64,000 nt of DNA from Trichoplax adhaerens (Eukaryota; Animalia; Placozoa), in assembly GCF_000150275.1 (NCBI RefSeq), contig NW_002060950.1, positions 3,264,198 through 3,328,197 on the forward strand, read 5' to 3'. Below are positions 42,095 to 53,660 of the stretch, one piece after another. How positions within the stretch are numbered: position 1 is the first letter of the stretch; every line of letters starts with the position of its first letter. The position numbers and the translations under genes were made by a program. The notes below the pieces were generated by a model that did not search any database, had not been told where the DNA came from, and was given only the letters and a program-made list of their open reading frames with translations.

Positions 42095-44282
42095 TGTAGT
42101 AAAGGACTAAAAGTAGAGTACTTTATAGTTTTTAGTATGTAACTAGTACTATTTTACTATAGAAAATACCTAGAAAGTGATAGTGCTTTGAAGTTTTACC
42201 CTGCCAAATCATCATGTCGCCATCTTTTCTTCTTCATTATTTTAAAAGGTATTATATAGAGATTACTATAGAAGTAGCCCGAGAGCAATTGCCTAATCTA
42301 AAGAAAGGGCGTTTGATCGTCTATTCAAATTGTAAAGGAATTTGACTTAGTAGCAAAACCCTATCCTTAGAGAAAGGGGATTTATAACATGATGGTAAAG
42401 TACTGTAATGTAGTCGTACAGTTACCGTACAATCTGACGCTAAAACATCAATTGTCAATACTCGCGAATACTCAGCGATACTAATGTCAGAAAAGTAGTC
42501 GCAATAGTCATATAAATTTTTTTGATAAGCGATTATTGTGATCTTTATAAAAACTGAATTTTTCGGATTCGGATTCCGGAACCGGTCGGACTTATGTTCG
42601 TGTCACAAAACAGCTTTGCAACAAGATAACGCAATGTACGATCAATAAGTCAATTCCTTGAACCACGTATCAAGGAACGATATCTGCACTATCACAAACA
42701 CTTTTGCTCTACTAGCAGACTACACAAAGACTTAAACGCCTTGTATTTTACGTTAAACACTAAGTTGGAGAATTCTCTTTTATTTCACGATGTACTGCAT
42801 TTATATTCTATTCCTCAATAGTTCATGAGTAATAGTTAATACGATTAACCTCGGAATCATTTACTGAATTAGATATTAAGTTTAGCTACTGCTCCCTTAA
42901 TGCAGACAACAGTATTTACGAACATAGACATGTAATGACTAATACAGAATAATCAGATTACGATATGTCCTATCATGGAACATTTCCACGATAATATACA
43001 ATCTACCATAAGTGAATTACAATCACAATGATTCGAACTGTAAGCAGATGATTTGCATTCCCTATTATAACTATTAATTTCAGTATGTGTATAAGTGTCA
43101 CTGTCATAAAAAGTCAGTGCTATATTAAAACACAGTATATCCAAGTTATAAGTTAACTAAATAAGGATAGTCTAACAGAATTATCCTAACATAGATATTT
43201 CTACTGTAATACAGTATTTAACACTGTTACAGTCCGATATAATTTTCCTGTTTTAATCTATGTCTGTGTCACACACCACTAGTGAAAAGGTAGTCTACGC
43301 ACGCCAATCCTTGCGGAGAACGCCACTTACTAACTTAAAGAGGCGAGATTAGCTATATCACCAAATAATTCAGTTCCAACGACCGAATACTGTAGTATAA
43401 TTATAGCGTCACAGATAACAGTCTGATATAATTTTTCTGTTTTAATTTTTGGATTTTAGTTTATGAAAAATATCGTAAGAGTTCATTTTTGAAATTTGAA
43501 CTTTTTGTTATGAATTTGAAACTTTGGAATTTTATGACGTGACTTGAAAGTCACATTAGGAAAGTTTAGTTAGAAAAATAGAAAACAAGGTGTAAATTGG
43601 TAGAGGTTGTGTTGATTGTTAAGTAGTTAGTATGTTATTTTTATGACTAAATCTTGATGTTTAAAGGTTGATTTTTAGACTTTTATAGTGTATTAATGAT
43701 AGAAATTATGTTAGAAGTGAAGTTTGATGTATTATTATAGTTAGTGTTAGTTTTATAGTGTTTTGTAAGGGAATCCTAGGGTAAATTGTGTCTGAACTTT
43801 AAATGATTTTTGTTTTCTTAACTGGTGCAAAGTAGTTTTCTAAACGAATCTTGAGAGCGATTGGTTAGCAATTGTTTAGTTTTAAATACCTCTGACGGCT
43901 CTAAGAAGCCTATATATGATAGTGCAATTAGAAAATTTAGAGAGAGAGTAGAAGAAGATTTATTTGAAGAACTTATTGAATTTAAAGGCCTTCGGGGTCG
44001 AATTGTCGTAAGTTAAAAACGTTCTTCTTTTTGAAAGGTTGTTTGGTCGTTGACAGTTTTTAAGTCTGTCACTTATTTTATTAATACTTAAAGCTAAGTA
44101 TTTGTAAGGTTGTTCGGTTTATACTTCTCTCCATTTTGTTTTGTAATAAATTGTTGTTCGATTATTTCCCCAAATTTTATTTGGTGTCAAAGTTTTGCTA
44201 AGTCGACCGGAGTGCAACGAAAGTAGAATGAAAGCTTGTTAAAGTTTTGTAGCTTGATCTCTACACTTTTCATTTCATTACA
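42095..44282 (+). mobile_element. Long LTR family C carrying two nested insertions
   Basis: TGTAGT...ATTACA termini; colinear with the reverse complement of 27115-28485 apart from inserts at 42601-43231 and 43258-43417; TATATA near 43911 and AATAAA near 44145; flanks GTGG/CATT do not match. Confidence 0.85.
42601..43231 (-). mobile_element. Solo LTR family B nested in family C LTR
   Basis: TGTCAC...TGTTACA; TSD GTTCG/GTCCG; the empty site is visible in the other family C copy at ~27990-28010 (TATATCGGACATAA). Confidence 0.92.
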
Positions 44283-46438
44283 CATTATTATCATTTAATT
44301 TTACTTATGATACATTTGATTAGGTGTATAAACTGCTAAATGTATAACTTACTGGCATATTAGTAAGCTTTTCACGTTAGCACAATTTATAAAAGTGCTA
44401 TTATTTATTAAAGATATGTTTGATTAAGGGTATAAACTGATAATTACAATAATGTACTGATGTTGTAATTAATTTTGTCTGAATGAGCTATTTATGATTA
44501 CAAAATTTAAAAATGCGTTGATATATTATTGGAAAATAGATTGCTGTTGTAGTATCACGTTTGTGAGATCGAGTACAAATAATAGGTGGTTTTGAAAGCA
44601 TATAAATCCTAAGGTGACGTAATGTAGATATGAGGAATGAATAAGACAGAAGCTCTTTTATTAAGAACCCTCGACTTATCTATTAAATTCACCTTAAGTA
44701 AATGATCATCTTCTTGATGGTCACAGAAGCGTAGTGTTAAATACTAGTTAATCAGCGTAGTAATTAGCAGGAAATCATCCATTAAAGATATATTTTAGTG
44801 ATAAAGACACATGGAGAGATAGAGAAGACCTCTTCTCTATCTATGGAGATATTTCTAGGTTTCCTTCCATCTCAAACTATTTAGTAAGATTAGTTCTCCT
44901 AAACAACTATCAATTTCTTCCTTAAGCTACACAGAAGAAACGTCACAGGCCATCTTCTTACGCGAGAACGATAATATAACATATTTTTTTATCGTAATAA
45001 GTAACCGCTTTAATAACTTCTATATTCGCGTGCAGCTACAGAGTATACTCGTATACATAGATATTAATTCTAATAAATGATATTGGCTGTTCTATATTCT
45101 TAGATCTAAATCTGTATAAATGTTTGTTCTACTTTAAAATGTGTTAGAGCTTGTATAATACGAGGTAGCTATGATCAGAACACGATCTGTCATTTGAACT
45201 CTCTTACAATTTAAGAATCTAATAAATTCACTAGCCTCTACTGGAAAATAAATTAGTTTTCACAACCTATAGTAAACTACAAGCCATCAACTACATACCG
45301 ACCACAACAACGTATCTGTACCTAAATGAACTTCCGCATTACAAACGAGGTTACGAAATGTTGGTGAGAGCGGCGGGATTCTCATTTACCAAGATAGGGC
45401 CAGAACCGGAGAAAAGCTTGTATCTCAACCGAAACTAAAATGATAAGTAAACAATTACCGTTCACAAGCACACCTACCGATGATGTTGAGGCTGCACGGC
45501 TCAAACAATTACACTAACTCTTAGAAGATCCATGAGAGTTGTTGACAATCTATTAATGTATAGAATACAAAACGCTCCACTCATGTCTGTTTCAAAGGTA
45601 TTCCAGATAGAGCAGATAAACCAGATACTGTTCCTTATTACATAGTTCAGGGCGTGATATATGTAGGTCAAAAATCGCGGGACTTTGCAGCAAAAGTGAT
45701 GTTGTCGCACAAAAATAGGTAATCCTTTCGTCTATTAAAGTAACCATTTTAATGCTTATTGTAGTTCCCGTAAAAATCAAATTTGTACCACCTATTAAGG
45801 CATTATTGTCTGCAGACAAAACTAGTAGCTGACAATCTAAGCAGCCCTACCAATTAAAAATAACAGAAAGATCTGTTACTTGATGCCTTTCCTATAAATC
45901 TAATCCTTTTGTTATTAATTTACTATTATTATAAGTGTAATAGTAAAGATTCATTTATTTTTTAAATTTAGTCACGTATACCGCATTCCTCAATCCGTAA
46001 GAACGATGATGATATATAAATACATATTGTAATTACCTTTTAAATCTGTGCTAATTGTCCATTTAAGTAATTTTCTATCAATATACAGTATAGTAGACAA
46101 TTAATAAAGCAATTTAAATATATTCTAAATCGATATTCAATTGTTTATTATTTGGCTTGAATTTCTGTCATACATAGAAAACTGGTCCTTACGCTACCTT
46201 TCAGATACATCCAAGATGGCATCTACTTCATAATTTTATTTAAACTTTCTCGTGAGCTCAGTAAGAAACTTACTTGGTAAATAAATTAATCGATAAAAAA
46301 TGAATCATTAAATACTCACTATAATAGATTGGATGAAATATATACTAAATTTATCCTTTCTTAAATCTGAAATCTTTAATTTTTTAGCTATATAACATTT
46401 ATTAGATCAAGTCCAAAATTCTTCAAACTTTATTGACT

Positions 46439-47535
46439 ATGAATACAAACTATTCTATACCGTGCTTTGCCAACAACTGCCGAAATTTTGGCAATGCTAC
46501 AGCTATTATCAGACCACAAACATTTTCTTCTTTAAACCTTTTAGTAATCGTAACCGGAATCGTAGGAATTATTCTTAATACAATACTTCTTATAGGTTTC
46601 TATACTAAAAGATCTTTCCATAAACCGACATATTGCCTACTTGCCAATCTAGCAATTTGCGACGTGTTATTAGGCCTAGCAAGTCTATCTAATTTTGCTA
46701 TCATTTCGCTAGCATCAAGAGCAAGAATACCAGCAAATATCTTTCTAGTGATTTGTAAGCTTTTTTCAGTATTCCCAGTCCACTTATCTTATACTGCTTC
46801 AATACAAACATTAACTATGATCAGCAGTGAGCGATATCTTGCAATTTTTCGACCTAATTCTGAATTAACTCGTAGAAAAGCTATAATATTATGCCTCATA
46901 GCGTGGATCATTTCCCTATGTATTAGCTTCCCATTTATTATTACAACGTCTATTACTACTGGAAGACTATTCACGCGATGTATTGCCTTTAAAAGCTATA
47001 CAAGTTGGACAAGCATCATTTATGTTATACTATTTGTCGGTCACTTTGTTCTACCAGCTGTCATAATCACCACATTATAGTCGTTGATATTGCGTCGATT
47101 AAGCGAAGCTGTCCAAGGACATTCAGAGTCGAGCAGTAGTAAAAAGTTGAAGCGCAAAACTATCTACATGTTACTAACCACAACGACTTTATTTTTTTTA
47201 TTTCTACACCATGGGCATTATCGTTGGCTATTATAACAATAACTGGAACATTAGGATCTGATATATCAAAAGATCCCAAGCAGCCTTTTGCTGCGAAAAT
47301 TGTATAATCCCGTAGATACATTTTGCTATTTACTACAGTTTACAATCCAATAGTTTATTGCATTTTCAATAAGCATATACGACAGCTGTACATTTCTTGC
47401 TGTTTTAAATTTTTAAAAAAGCTTCCATTTCACCCAGTTCTCAATCAAGAAGTGACAACTGCCATATCAATGTTCCAGATTTATCTGCAACACCGGATCA
47501 AAATCGTATCAAGGATGATATTTCGAATTCGGTAA
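46439..47535 (+). pseudogene. Recently inactivated class A GPCR pseudogene, closest paralogue of 51333-52550
   Basis: ATG at 46439; intact through TM5, then TAG at 47078-47080 (Tyr5.58 position), a 1-nt deletion in the poly-T run near 47192-47202 (TM6) and TAA at 47305-47307. The TM7 motif YNPIVYCIFNKHIRQLY is still recognisable. Confidence 0.93.
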
Positions 47536-49036
47536 TGAATAAAGTCGGATAAAAATCAAACTCAGTCGAAGCCGATCTACGTATTATCTATAGGTTATAA
47601 AGTTGCGGATTTAGTGCCAAATATAATATCAGTAGAGCAATTAGCCTTGGATTAATCATGAAACACCCGCATTGCTAGAAATAGGGAAAGTAAACGTATA
47701 AAGACTCAGCAGCAAAGACCAGTGTTTGCACTAAAGTTTCATTGCTTTGGGTTTTAACCGGATCTTAATCTTCTAATCGTGTCTAGTCTTCAAGGACATA
47801 CGCTCCAGTATTCGTACTAGGTGTAGCACCTAATGATTGAGCTAACAGAGCTAATATAATACGTTAGTTAAATCTACAACTAAAATGACTATTCTATTAT
47901 CTTTATCTTTCTTCCTTAGTATACGGTACTGCTATATAATCTAACAAAATTAACTCTCATTTGAAAATTTATTACTGCAATTCGACTCTTATTCAGTTAT
48001 TAGTCCATTTCTTAGTACTTATTCGTACTACTAATTCTTCATTAAAACTCACGGATATCTAATTAATCGCGCTATTAATTGTTTAGCTTATAATTCAATC
48101 TTATCAAAATAACACGAAAGTAGAATAAAATAACTTCAATAAGTTTCAAGTTTCAAGTATTTCGTGTACTTATTTGTTATTTTAATTAAATTATAGTTTA
48201 AGCGTTATTTGCTATTTAGTATTCTTTTTCAATTCTAAGCTAACATTACGGGATAATAGCGCGGGTCATTTTTTTCTTATGTTCTTTACAGTAGTGCTTA
48301 GTAATTATGTAGCAGATTTCCTACAATTTTAGCGATTCATATCATGCATTCCCATTGTAACAGGTTCATAAATTAAAAATTACGATGCGTAAATTATAGA
48401 AATATTGCATCGTTTAACTTTCACGTTACAACAGTTAATAAACTTGTTTAAACTCGATCAATATCTGTTATCTTTCTTATATGTTAAATAGTACCGTGAT
48501 AAAGGAGAACATAGATGCAATAATTTGACTTGCCGTAAACAATTTTTAATCTTGTCTTAGTAAAATACGATAATATCATCTACCACATTCAAGTCATAAG
48601 TCTGTAAAGATTTCAGCTAATTACAGAAGTTATGAGTAATGATGAGTTATACAAACGGTAAATACTTGAAGAGTACATAGGACCTCGGACTAGTTATTTT
48701 ACTATAGTTGCAAATCTTGATTGATACTATTTAATAGTAAAGGTGGTTTATAAGTCAGAGAAAAAAAGGTATTTGACATTTACTGCTAGCTACGATGCGT
48801 TAAAACTTGTGACATTCGTCCTATTATCGTTTGAACATTGCCATCAATTTATGAGATTGTTTTGATTCTTTGCTTTAATATGAAGATTTGCCCATCTATT
48901 GGTTCAACCCGCTACGTAGCCATTTTATCTGATCCATGTCTTAACTGAATTAAGATACCGATAACCTTAAGAGAAGTCAAAAGTGAAATATTTATTTGAG
49001 CTGCGATTCATCGGTAGCTATTAACTTGAAAGATAC

Positions 49037-49516
49037 CGTTACAGTGGTATACACTATAACATTGAGATTGGAGCAGAAATATCTATTGCATGTTAGGATA
49101 ATTTAGGAAATCGAGAATAATCTTCTTACAATTCAAATCACTATAATTGTAACTTACTTATGTTACAGTAGATTGTAGATTATCGTGGAACTATTGCGTG
49201 ATAGGACATGTTGTAATTTGACTATTTTGTATTAGTCATTAGATGTCTATGTTCGCAAATACTTTTGTCTTCATTAGGTAGAGGTAGGTAAAATTAGCTT
49301 TTGATTCATTAGAAGCTTTCAACGTTAACATTACTAACTAGGATATCTAAACTATTGTAAAAGAGTACATAAAATGCGGTGTATCGTATAACAAGTTTAG
49401 TTCTTAAGATTAGTGTTTTACGTAAAATACGATGATGCTAAGTCTTTGTGTGTTCTACTAGTATAAGAAAAGTGTTCTTGATAAAGTAGATATTGCAACC
49501 TGACATGTGGTTCAAC
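49037..49516 (+). mobile_element. Diverged, 3'-truncated family B LTR
   Basis: Aligns with the reverse complement of 42601-43231 (GTAGATTATCGTGGAA, GTATTAGTCATT..ATGTCTATGTTCG, ACGTAAAATAC, AAGTCTTTGTGT, AAAAGTGTT, GTGGTTCAA). Confidence 0.8.
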
Positions 49517-51332
49517 CTTCACCTTATTCAGAATTTAAAAAATTAGAAATATCAGAATGTTAGAATACTTTACGCTTTAACTGAAATATTCATAGTTTTA
49601 AAATTTACTCGATTATTATATCAAGAAAGTAACTTCACTATTTTAATATATGCTTATTTTAGGTACGATTTTTCATTACTTGGTTTGAACTTCTTTGAGA
49701 ATACAGACAATTAGTTTTAATCATCTTATTATTAGCTAAGCATAAGAATCGACAAGAATTATGTAACAATTGATTTTAAATAACAATACTAATAAAGCAT
49801 TGACTATTAAATCAAGTATTGCAGTTGAGGATATTGCTATAATAGCTATGACTAAAGATATTCGAACAGTGAGGTAACATCATAACAGTGTCATAAACTA
49901 AACATTTATTGGAAATGCTATTCTATAGTAGACATCGCTTCGAAAGATAACATGAAAAAGAATCTTGCTTTTTTTACGATTAAAAAAATTGCTTTATAAG
50001 TCTAAGTAAGTAATCTAGGAATTCAGACGTAATTTAATGCTTAAACTATTTGTTCATTTCCTACTCGAGACTTTTAAAGTAAAAGGCAATACCTAGGCAT
50101 AACGAATATTTATAAGCTCATTATAATTACATTAATTTATAACTCCTTTCGTAGCACTATTTTTCACAGGCAATAAAATAAAATAGCGCTCTTAAGATTT
50201 CTATTACTCTAAGGCCTGTATATCGAGTACAATTAAATATTAGATGATATGCTGTGACCGTTCAGTATTTTTAAGATATTGCTTGTGAACTATTTCATCC
50301 GCAGATGCGGGAAGTTCTCGAGGTACTCCGACTAATGTACTGATTGGACTACTTCCATACAAATAATCAATACCTGGCCGATATTTGTTAGTTCTAGGTT
50401 ACTCTTTATTTGATACCAAGTAAATGATCCAAAACGACGTTGAATATTATTTGACCTTACGGTCTAACTGAAACAATATAGATCACGATGAATCTCACTA
50501 ATAAACGTAACTAAATCAAACAGCGCACACAATGGTGCTTAGACTTCTCAAACAATTATAATTGCTTACAAATGTCAGTAACTGGAATATACTAACTGCA
50601 ACTCCGATGAGTTGACAGACTAGGATCGAATGATCAATTGCCTCATTGCTAGAAAAATGAACTTAGAGTATGTAACCTTTAATTTTTCATGCAAAATAGG
50701 AAGATCTTGCGCATTTCTGTATCTTACCAAATTTTTCAGTACTAAACAATCTAAACAGTGCAATTTCAAAATAATAAGGTAAGTGTCCAGTTATAAGAGA
50801 TTTTAATAAAATGCCTTTTATGTCAATATTGTCATTGCTATTCATTAAATTCTTTATGCTAAGGATGAATCTTTACTTAATTTAGAATTTACGAGAATGA
50901 TAATTATTATATTCTTGTAGTACTTGACAAACTTAATTATATGAATATAATTTTAGCACTTATGCTATTGTTGTATTAAAAAAATAAATTCACTATATCA
51001 ATATATACCTAGACAACATTCAAGTTTCCATCATCTCATTTGAATTTCTATCAGAAGGCGGATATTTGATTTTAATTAATACTAGCTGTCAATGTGGACA
51101 AGATAGAAAGATACCATAACAGACAGTCACAACTCTTAATGAAAATTTCCTCCTAAAAATTTGTTTTCTTTAAAGGTATAGGCAAAGTCGTTTTCAGTGT
51201 AAGATTTAATTAATATTGAAATAAGATTGTGTAGGTAAATATTAATTCTCATTATTGCAAAACTTAATCTTTAATTTTAAGTTCTAAACAATATACATAT
51301 TTGGCCTAATCAAAAAAATTTCATCTTCTACC

Positions 51333-52550
51333 ATGAATGCAAGTAAATTAGCATCGTGCATTGGCAACAATTGCCGAAATTTCAGCAATGCTACAGATAA
51401 TATCAGACAGAGACCAGCCAACCCGATACAACTCTTATTAACCATAGCTGGATGCATGGGAATTATTCCTAATATAATACTTGTTATAGGTTTCTATACT
51501 AAGAAATCTTTCAAAAAGCCAACATATTGCCTGCTTGCCAACCTAGCAGTTTCTGATATGATATTGAGCCTAGGAAGTCTATCTAATGTTATCGTCAACT
51601 CGCTTGAAGCAAGGTTTAGAATACCATTAAATATCTATCTTGCACTCTGCAAAATTTTTGCAATATTTCCACTGTATTTATCTTACAGTGCGTCTATACA
51701 AACATTAATTATGATCAGTAATGAGCGATATCTTGCAATTTTTCGGCCTACTTCTGAATTAACCCGTAAAAAAGCTAATTTCCTATGCCTCATAGCATGG
51801 ATTATTTCTTTATCTATTTCTTTCCCATTTATTATCACAACATCTGTCACGAACGTAATACCAAAACAATGTGTTGCCTTTGAAAAATTTACTAATTGGA
51901 CCGCCATCATTTTTGTTGTAATATTTATCTTCCAGTTTGCTCTACCGACCGTAGTCATTATTACATTATATTCATTAATATTGCATCGATTAAGGAAAAC
52001 AGTCCAGGGACAAACTGACTCTAGCAAAAGCAAAAAGTTAAAACGGAGAACTATCTATATGTTGTTAACAACAACGATTATATTTTTAGCCTTTTCTACA
52101 CCATGGGCTATATCACTGGCTATCATGGCAATAACAAGATCATTACCAGCTAAGATAGTGGTGGATCCTAACTATCCAATAGCTGGAGGAATTGTACGAA
52201 TCAGTCGATTTGTGGTACCATTTACTGCGATTTATAATCCAATCATTTATTGCATTTTCAATAAGCATATCCGACAATTGTACTTTTCTTGCTGTTTCAA
52301 TTTCATCAAAAATTCAGCTGTTGTACCTAGCGTCTATACAAACAGTGATAATGGTCAGATCGACACTGTCAATTCCACTGCAGCTGCCAATTCAAATACG
52401 ATCATAGTTTCTAATACAGCCGCAGGCATAGTTGCAAATTCAACTACAACAGAATTTGCTGATTTAAATACAACTGCAACAGCTGATTTAAATTCAACTG
52501 TAGTACAAAAGTATATATCGAAAGATAATGAGGCAATGTCAACCGATTAA
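51333..52550 (+). CDS. Intronless class A GPCR, orphan, 405 aa, extended Thr/Ser/Ala/Asn-rich C-tail
   Basis: GIIPN, NLAVSD, LCK..SYSASIQTLIMISNERY, FQFALP, FLAFSTPW, YNPIIYCIFN, CC after helix 8. Confidence 0.96.
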   Translation: MNASKLASCIGNNCRNFSNATDNIRQRPANPIQLLLTIAGCMGIIPNIILVIGFYTKKSFKKPTYCLLANLAVSDMILSLGSLSNVIVNSLEARFRIPLNIYLALCKIFAIFPLYLSYSASIQTLIMISNERYLAIFRPTSELTRKKANFLCLIAWIISLSISFPFIITTSVTNVIPKQCVAFEKFTNWTAIIFVVIFIFQFALPTVVIITLYSLILHRLRKTVQGQTDSSKSKKLKRRTIYMLLTTTIIFLAFSTPWAISLAIMAITRSLPAKIVVDPNYPIAGGIVRISRFVVPFTAIYNPIIYCIFNKHIRQLYFSCCFNFIKNSAVVPSVYTNSDNGQIDTVNSTAAANSNTIIVSNTAAGIVANSTTTEFADLNTTATADLNSTVVQKYISKDNEAMSTD

Positions 52551-53108
52551 GAAGTATAAAATTCTAAACTTCATTAAAGCCGCTTAGAGTAATGATTCTT
52601 TATCTTATTCTTTATAGAATTGATAGTTTAACTCCATTTGATTAATGTCTTGAAGCTATTTACAGCATTCGTATTATTTCAACTAGTAATAAGATGTGGC
52701 AGGCTAAAATTACGGTTTAGTCACGATAATAATAGTTTAATAGCCTTATGTTCATTAGACTATCGTATTTTAACTGATTTGACTTTGTAGTTGAGAATAA
52801 TTGAACTTCTAAACATAATATTTGACTGCTTTTCATATTCATTAGATGATTATGGATTATTAAAATAGCCATAACCTAAAATGAAAATTTATTGCCTTAA
52901 AATTACTTTAAGCAATAACCTTTTTCAATTTTAAGCGTAGGAACGTGTCACTTCACTAATCTTTATTAGTAATTTAAAAAATTAATGTACCGTAAAAATA
53001 TTTCAATTTTTAATTGATCATTGATACATTAAATAAGAGCAGGAACAAATACTATTGAGTTTTTAATAAGCATTGTTGGTGGCATAAATCACGTTGCTAA
53101 TTATACTT

Positions 53109-53660
53109 TGTAATGTAACTTAGTATTGTGATTGTAGACTGTTAGCCATATGGAGTATAATGTACGGTAGATATTTATCGTAAGAGATATTTGGTAGCTA
53201 TAACTATAGACTGTAGTGGTAGAGACTCTATGCTAGAATACAGATGACTATATACAGTAAGCTGTTGAGTTACTAATAAGGCTATAGGTAAAAATAGAAC
53301 TGTAAATCGTATATTAGGATATGGTTAATTCATTGTACTTTGGCTGGTGTGAATAATGTCTACGTAAGTACTGTAGTCGTATCCATATTGGATTAATGAT
53401 GGTCCGCAGCAGAATAGTCTTACCAAGAATAATTTAACTATGTGTAAAATAAGGTAAAAGGTTGCCATGCGGATTGTAGCTGCGAATGCTACGAAAAGTA
53501 TAAAAGCATGCAACTTTAGATTATTCTGTTAGTTCGTTCTAGAAGTCTTTAGCAGTAGTATTCGGCTAAAGCAAAGCTGTGTGTAGTTAATCTTTGTATA
53601 AGATTCAATAAAGCCCTTATTTTTCTAAAATTTGGAATTTCGTGATTGGTATATATCACA
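53109..53660 (+). mobile_element. Solo LTR family A (552 bp) with 5-bp TSD
   Basis: TGTAAT...ATCACA; perfect TSD TACTT (53104-53108, 53661-53665); about 15 substitutions and one 2-bp indel relative to 34674-35223. Confidence 0.93.

Noticed and set aside
26405-44842. Short hairpins (e.g. 26405-26439, 44817-44842) as terminators or ncRNAs
   Set aside because: Short, low-complexity stems are expected by chance in AT-rich DNA, and intrinsic terminators do not apply to this eukaryotic context.
24920-53513. Duplicated 62-63 aa ORFs (24920/42953 and 34890/53325)
   Set aside because: They lie inside family B and A LTRs, begin at non-ATG codons, and recur only because the LTRs are recent copies.
34674-53660. 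One full-length 19-kb LTR retrotransposon bounded by the family A pair
   Set aside because: Each LTR has its own distinct TSD, and the interior holds host GPCR genes rather than gag/pol.
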